Shown here: positions 59,913 through 64,000 of the stretch, in pieces
Position numbering within the stretch: position 1 is the stretch's first letter
How the letters are laid out: the number at the start of each line of letters is the position of its first letter
DNA from: Patescibacteria group bacterium
Lineage (GTDB): Bacteria; Patescibacteriota; Patescibacteriia; UBA10025; JAHIVO01
Reading direction: 5' to 3'
Assembly (NCBI GenBank): GCA_049325535.1
Contig: JBMOKY010000001.1
Span: 685,942-749,941 of the forward strand
DNA length: 64,000 bases
The notes under the pieces: generated by a model
The model's input: the letters and a program-made list of their open reading frames with translations, nothing else
Told to the model about the DNA's origin: nothing
Databases searched by the model: none
Program-made: the position numbers and the translations under genes

Positions 59913-61274
59913 CTAATTATGTATCGTTGGATCGGCAAAACCCCGGTGGATTCGAATCAGTTTACCGGAATTTTTATTTGGTACGGGTGATTCCCATCGT
60001 ACCTGCACCGACGGTGCAGCACATCCAAACCGCATAAACGTACGCTGGATATTCAAACGAACCGCATCGGCAATACGATCATCACCCCGAGGTGCTAGCC
60101 GTACCGTGAACTTCTCCGGCTGATCCTGGATCACCTGATAATCCGTAATGGCGTCACTGGCGGTGATGACGCTTCGGCGAATATAATCAGGAAAAATTGG
60201 CTGCCATCGATTATCTCGGATTCGTCGCGCCCAGAGCATATCGTCACTTCTCCCCTGTATTTGTGTAATTACGCGAAATGCCGAACCGCACGCACACCGA
60301 TGTGGGCTGATGGTTATGATATCGTTTAATGCATACCGAATGATGGGAACTGACATCTTATGCAAATCAGTAACTACCAAGCGGTGACACGGTTCTCCAG
60401 CGGCAGTCGGCCGTCCACTGGCGTCTAACGTTTCCACGGCCACCAAATCTTCATTGATATGGAGCGAGCCGACGCGGCACGACATAGCGATGGCACCCTC
60501 CGTTGCCTTATAAATCTCATGCACCTCGGCACGAAACACTCGCTGGAGATATTCCCGATCCTCTGGATACAGCACTTCCGCATAAGAAATAAGTCGTTTG
60601 GGCCGCGCAGTAAGCTTTCCCTGTGCTGCCTGCTGCGCCAATAATTTGAGCATCGACGCCGGTCCGGAAATCACATTTGGATGGAGGTTATTTATTTGAA
60701 AAATCATTTCATCGAGCGGCCGCAGCTGATCGACATACGTCAGCCGGTGACCGAACCGATTCAAACTAAATGCCGGTGTCGATACGCGCAGAATAAAAGC
60801 GAGATTCATTTTTTCACCTGGGATAAACGGAAACCGGGCTAAAAATGCCGTACGCAGGTATCGTTCTTCGTGAGGAGACGTAATCTCAACACCCTTGTTC
60901 CCGCTGGTACCTGACGACATGCCAATCGTGAGTCCACGATACCGGCGAGTAAAGTCTCGACTGCGCTCTACATCGGCGCAAAATTGAAACACCTCTTCTC
61001 TACTGAGACCAAGGGTATTCGCCTGCGACAGCGCATCAATTAATAATTTTTTATTGATTATCGGCAATCGCCATACGTCGTTCAGATCATGTCCCGCGTA
61101 AAGATCCCGATACAAAGGCGCCCGCCGCACCGCATATTTGACGATCTGCCGCAGACGATGATCCTGATAGCGTTTTAGGTCAGCAGTCGACCATACGCGG
61201 AACCGCCTCCGCACCAATACAAACCATAGTGGCAAAACATATGTGTCAGGATCTGTGCGTAATTCAGCTATCAT
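59913..61274 (-). CDS. Adenylate-forming enzyme (F390 synthetase/PaaK/CapK-like)
   Basis: SSGTSGNKG, YKATEG, LHINED, PIIRY.L.D and GRSDD. Confidence 0.88.
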   Translation of the reverse strand: MIAELRTDPDTYVLPLWFVLVRRRFRVWSTADLKRYQDHRLRQIVKYAVRRAPLYRDLYAGHDLNDVWRLPIINKKLLIDALSQANTLGLSREEVFQFCADVERSRDFTRRYRGLTIGMSSGTSGNKGVEITSPHEERYLRTAFLARFPFIPGEKMNLAFILRVSTPAFSLNRFGHRLTYVDQLRPLDEMIFQINNLHPNVISGPASMLKLLAQQAAQGKLTARPKRLISYAEVLYPEDREYLQRVFRAEVHEIYKATEGAIAMSCRVGSLHINEDLVAVETLDASGRPTAAGEPCHRLVVTDLHKMSVPIIRYALNDIITISPHRCACGSAFRVITQIQGRSDDMLWARRIRDNRWQPIFPDYIRRSVITASDAITDYQVIQDQPEKFTVRLAPRGDDRIADAVRLNIQRTFMRFGCAAPSVQVRWESPVPNKNSGKLIRIHRGFADPTIHN

Positions 61275-61317
61275 ACATTATACATTTTTTCTGCTTTCGT
61301 ACCAAAATAGATCGAGC

Positions 61318-62286
61318 CTATGACACAGAGACCGCTGAAGAATTCGGATGTTCTGACCGGATTGCACTCACCCAACGCTCGACGACGTCTTTTCGCAGGA
61401 TTCTTTCCTCTGCCATCTGACGCAGCCGGGCCATCGCGTCGGCTTCCGTCATCGATGGCTGGTACCGGCGCGCACCGACCATGGATTGATATATATCGGT
61501 GACATGCAGTAATTCCGCCGCGGTTACCGGTAGCGTCCGCTCTTCATTGCTGACCTGATAATGCACTTCTGAATCAGCGCGATAATTATGATGCGTACCG
61601 GCCAAAGCGGCAACTAAATTGCGATCGGGTATTTCCGTGCCACTAATGATCTCCTGCGATGCCGCTTCATGGCGTTTCAGCGCCTCGAGAAAAGTCATCT
61701 GCATATCCAGTCCGCTACTGATGATTTCTGCTTGTGCCGACGGATTGGCGCGGTATAAAAAAGCTAACGGAATGAGATCACGATGATCCAGCCCGGCAAT
61801 CGTCGCCTCGCTTAATTCTTCCACGGTCCGCTTCCCCGATAAAAGTCCCTTTGCCCGCAGCAATTCATTCGCTCGCTCGGGCTGTTCATGGCAAAAATCT
61901 ATAAATAGACCACGCAAATCGTCATGCTGCAGATTACTTTTCAGGATACAATCCGGCAGCGTCAATTTGCCGACGTCGTGCAGCGCAGTGGCCCGAATCA
62001 TGGCAGGATAGCTGATGCCATCCTGCTGCAATTCTTCGGCAAATGCTGGCCACACGCGATGCACCAATTCTGTGACTGCCAGGGAATGCTCATGGGTCAC
62101 CTGATCCTTTGCTGCTATCCGCTCCAGCAATGCCCGTTCTTCTGGCCCAATCACTTCTCGCGCTTGTTCCGGCAAATGGTCAAATAGTACTTGGGCCTCG
62201 ATTGAATCAACATTCGGATCGGTGTCGATGGCCACCCGTTCGGCATCGACATCGGACTGTGGTGCGCGCTCCCATGTTTCTCTCAT
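61318..62286 (-). CDS. HD-domain phosphohydrolase (HD-GYP-like, GYP motif not visible)
   Basis: T.EHS..V, LHDVGK, RH, HH and D.Y..M...R.Y, with an ~85-aa insert. Confidence 0.75.
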   Translation of the reverse strand: MRETWERAPQSDVDAERVAIDTDPNVDSIEAQVLFDHLPEQAREVIGPEERALLERIAAKDQVTHEHSLAVTELVHRVWPAFAEELQQDGISYPAMIRATALHDVGKLTLPDCILKSNLQHDDLRGLFIDFCHEQPERANELLRAKGLLSGKRTVEELSEATIAGLDHRDLIPLAFLYRANPSAQAEIISSGLDMQMTFLEALKRHEAASQEIISGTEIPDRNLVAALAGTHHNYRADSEVHYQVSNEERTLPVTAAELLHVTDIYQSMVGARRYQPSMTEADAMARLRQMAEERILRKDVVERWVSAIRSEHPNSSAVSVS

Positions 62287-62371
62287 ATTCGTAGCATAAT
62301 ACTCTCTAGCTCAAGTATGTTCCTGATTCGACAAAAAATCAATCGGCCAAGCGCCATATATACGCGCTTCC

Positions 62372-62923
62372 TTACGTCCGTGGCATTACCTCGGATAGTA
62401 TCCGCCGCACTTCGTCCACGGCATACCCCTTCTGCCCGAGAAAGGTAAATAGCTTCTGGTGTATTTGATATGCTTGTTTTTTTGAGGGATATTTTTCCCG
62501 CAACCGCTCCAGTTTTCGTTTTGTCTCGCGGATAATTGCAGTGTAATCCTGCTTCATACCCTCTGACTGCCACTCACGCAATACATCTTCAATGATCTGC
62601 TTGGGAATTAACCGGTGATGCATTTTTTGCCTCATGCGGTGGATGCCGTCTTTCCGGTCACGCAGCTGGCGCAGAACCCCTTCCGCATACCGACGGTCGT
62701 CGATCAAACCGACGGCTTTCAATTCATTGATCACCCGCTGAACATGTTCCGTTGTGTAAAATAAATACCTCTTGGTACGAGGGTAACGGCGCTTCAAGTC
62801 AGTCACTTTTTGCAGTAATTTTTTTTCCGAAAAACTTTGCCGCGATAGATAGTCAACAATCTTTTCTTTGATATGCTGGAAATCCTCGGCGGATGGCCCG
62901 ATGGTCGAAGCGCGGTCAGTCAT
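62372..62923 (-). CDS. recX: Regulatory protein RecX
   Basis: YLSR..FSEK.L..K, GLIDD.RYA, G..R...K and FL..KGY. Confidence 0.8.
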   Translation of the reverse strand: MTDRASTIGPSAEDFQHIKEKIVDYLSRQSFSEKKLLQKVTDLKRRYPRTKRYLFYTTEHVQRVINELKAVGLIDDRRYAEGVLRQLRDRKDGIHRMRQKMHHRLIPKQIIEDVLREWQSEGMKQDYTAIIRETKRKLERLREKYPSKKQAYQIHQKLFTFLGQKGYAVDEVRRILSEVMPRT

Positions 62924-63704
62924 GGTATCGTGCCAAAAATGCTTCGCGGGAGATGGCGCCAAATTGCACATCACCAGCCTCGACTGACCGTCGGTAGGTA
63001 TCCCCCCGGGCGTCGCTGGCCATATTCAGTACCGACGTGATTTGCTCCTGAGAAATGGGTACATCGGAAAATTTTTCAAAACCGAGGCGATCGGTCACCG
63101 GGTGCGACATCATCCAGGACACGGCCACCACCGCTTTTATTTCCGGACGCTCACGGATATGCGCCGCGATTTGGCGGAATGTGTGCAGGATATCTTTGAT
63201 CCCCGACGGCTGATCACCCTCCCGCGGCCAGCCGATTTCCACAACCGGATCCCCCAAAGCAACGTGTATGCCGTCACTGGTCGTGCATTCCCACTCCGAC
63301 GGCAGTCGAGTGAGCTTAAAAAAACCGACATAGGTCTCCTCTACTCGGCGCGCAGCTTCACGCGCGTCAGCCCGGGCACGGGTGTCAGCATCAAAAAACC
63401 GGTCATGATTGAACGGCTCAACCAGCGAATACATTTTTTCCACAAAATCGTCGCGATCAGTATACATCAGCACCAGCAGGTCTTGTTTGAACTGAGCAAC
63501 TCGCTTTTCACCAAATATATCCTCAGCGGCAACAAAAGAATCGGCATCGTCAAGAATCAACTGCTGCGGACTGACCCCTCGCTCCAGCGCCTCGTCATAC
63601 AGTTTTGCCAGCTCTGATCGCGCATGTTCATCACGTTGACGGTACTGACGATCGAGCTCAGCCTCTAATTCTGGGCTATATATTGATTCACCGGATTCGG
63701 GCAT
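62916..63704 (-). CDS. Hypothetical protein
   Basis: 262-aa ORF overlapping the recX start; C-terminal SWMM...LGF resembles a GNAT-like end, but this is weak. Confidence 0.65.
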   Translation of the reverse strand: MPESGESIYSPELEAELDRQYRQRDEHARSELAKLYDEALERGVSPQQLILDDADSFVAAEDIFGEKRVAQFKQDLLVLMYTDRDDFVEKMYSLVEPFNHDRFFDADTRARADAREAARRVEETYVGFFKLTRLPSEWECTTSDGIHVALGDPVVEIGWPREGDQPSGIKDILHTFRQIAAHIRERPEIKAVVAVSWMMSHPVTDRLGFEKFSDVPISQEQITSVLNMASDARGDTYRRSVEAGDVQFGAISREAFLARYHD

Positions 63705-63851
63705 AGGTTAATTCCATTGTCCTCCGATCAATAAAAAAAATCAATGCCCGCGCTTATGCGGAATGACGATTGACAAACTACTTAGTTGCCAGTATATTGA
63801 ATCGCATATATCAAGGTTTGTGGACGCAAACTTTATTTTTTTACTAATACC

Positions 63852-64000
63852 ATGAAGTACCGAGAAACGAGAAATATCGCTATCATCGCCCACGTCGACC
63901 ACGGTAAAACGACGCTGGTCGATGCCATGATGTCGCAAACCGGCATGGTGGAACCAGGCGTCAGCATGGATTCGAATACGCTAGAACAGGAACGCGGCAT
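63852..64000 (+). CDS. typA: Translational GTPase TypA/BipA (5' part, cut by the window end)
   Basis: [27 protein letters not shown]...[11 protein letters not shown]. Confidence 0.88.
   Translation, partial: MKYRETRNIAIIAHVDHGKTTLVDAMMSQTGMVEPGVSMDSNTLEQERG

Overview
A 64-kb chromosomal segment of a bacterium, most likely Patescibacteria/CPR. This is an inference from gene content such as DUF3048 proteins, a stand-alone baseplate-J-like gene, the UvrD-nuclease fusion and many SD-less core genes. The genetic code is standard (11). The backbone is housekeeping: rpmG, a tRNA Thr/Tyr/Thr cluster, tsf-rpsB, rpmE-prfA-prmC, rplY, rodA, dnaE, thrS, miaB, miaA, hpf, gatB, a thymidylate pathway cluster (dCMP deaminase, kinase, dut, thyA, folA, tmk), secE-nusG-rplK-rplA, gyrB, pheST, dciA, recX and the start of typA. 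Self-contained orphan gene units are scattered between these genes. The most unusual signals are non-coding. (1) Two transcription units of about 280-330 nt, each bounded by a promoter and a terminator, have no convincing protein and fold into dense structure (19.7-20.1 kb and 49.9-50.2 kb; the second lies next to a divergent sigma factor). (2) An intact tRNA-Thr(UGU) is nested, on palindromic arms, inside a decayed tRNA-Thr. (3) A family of palindromic elements is present, with one copy enclosing a GIY-YIG nuclease gene and two empty copies. (4) There is a very compact T-box before thrS and a pyrL-like double-terminator leader before an orphan pyrD. I found no CRISPR array, rRNA, integrase, transposase or reverse transcriptase. 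All folds were derived by eye and all family assignments come from motif recognition, not database searches.
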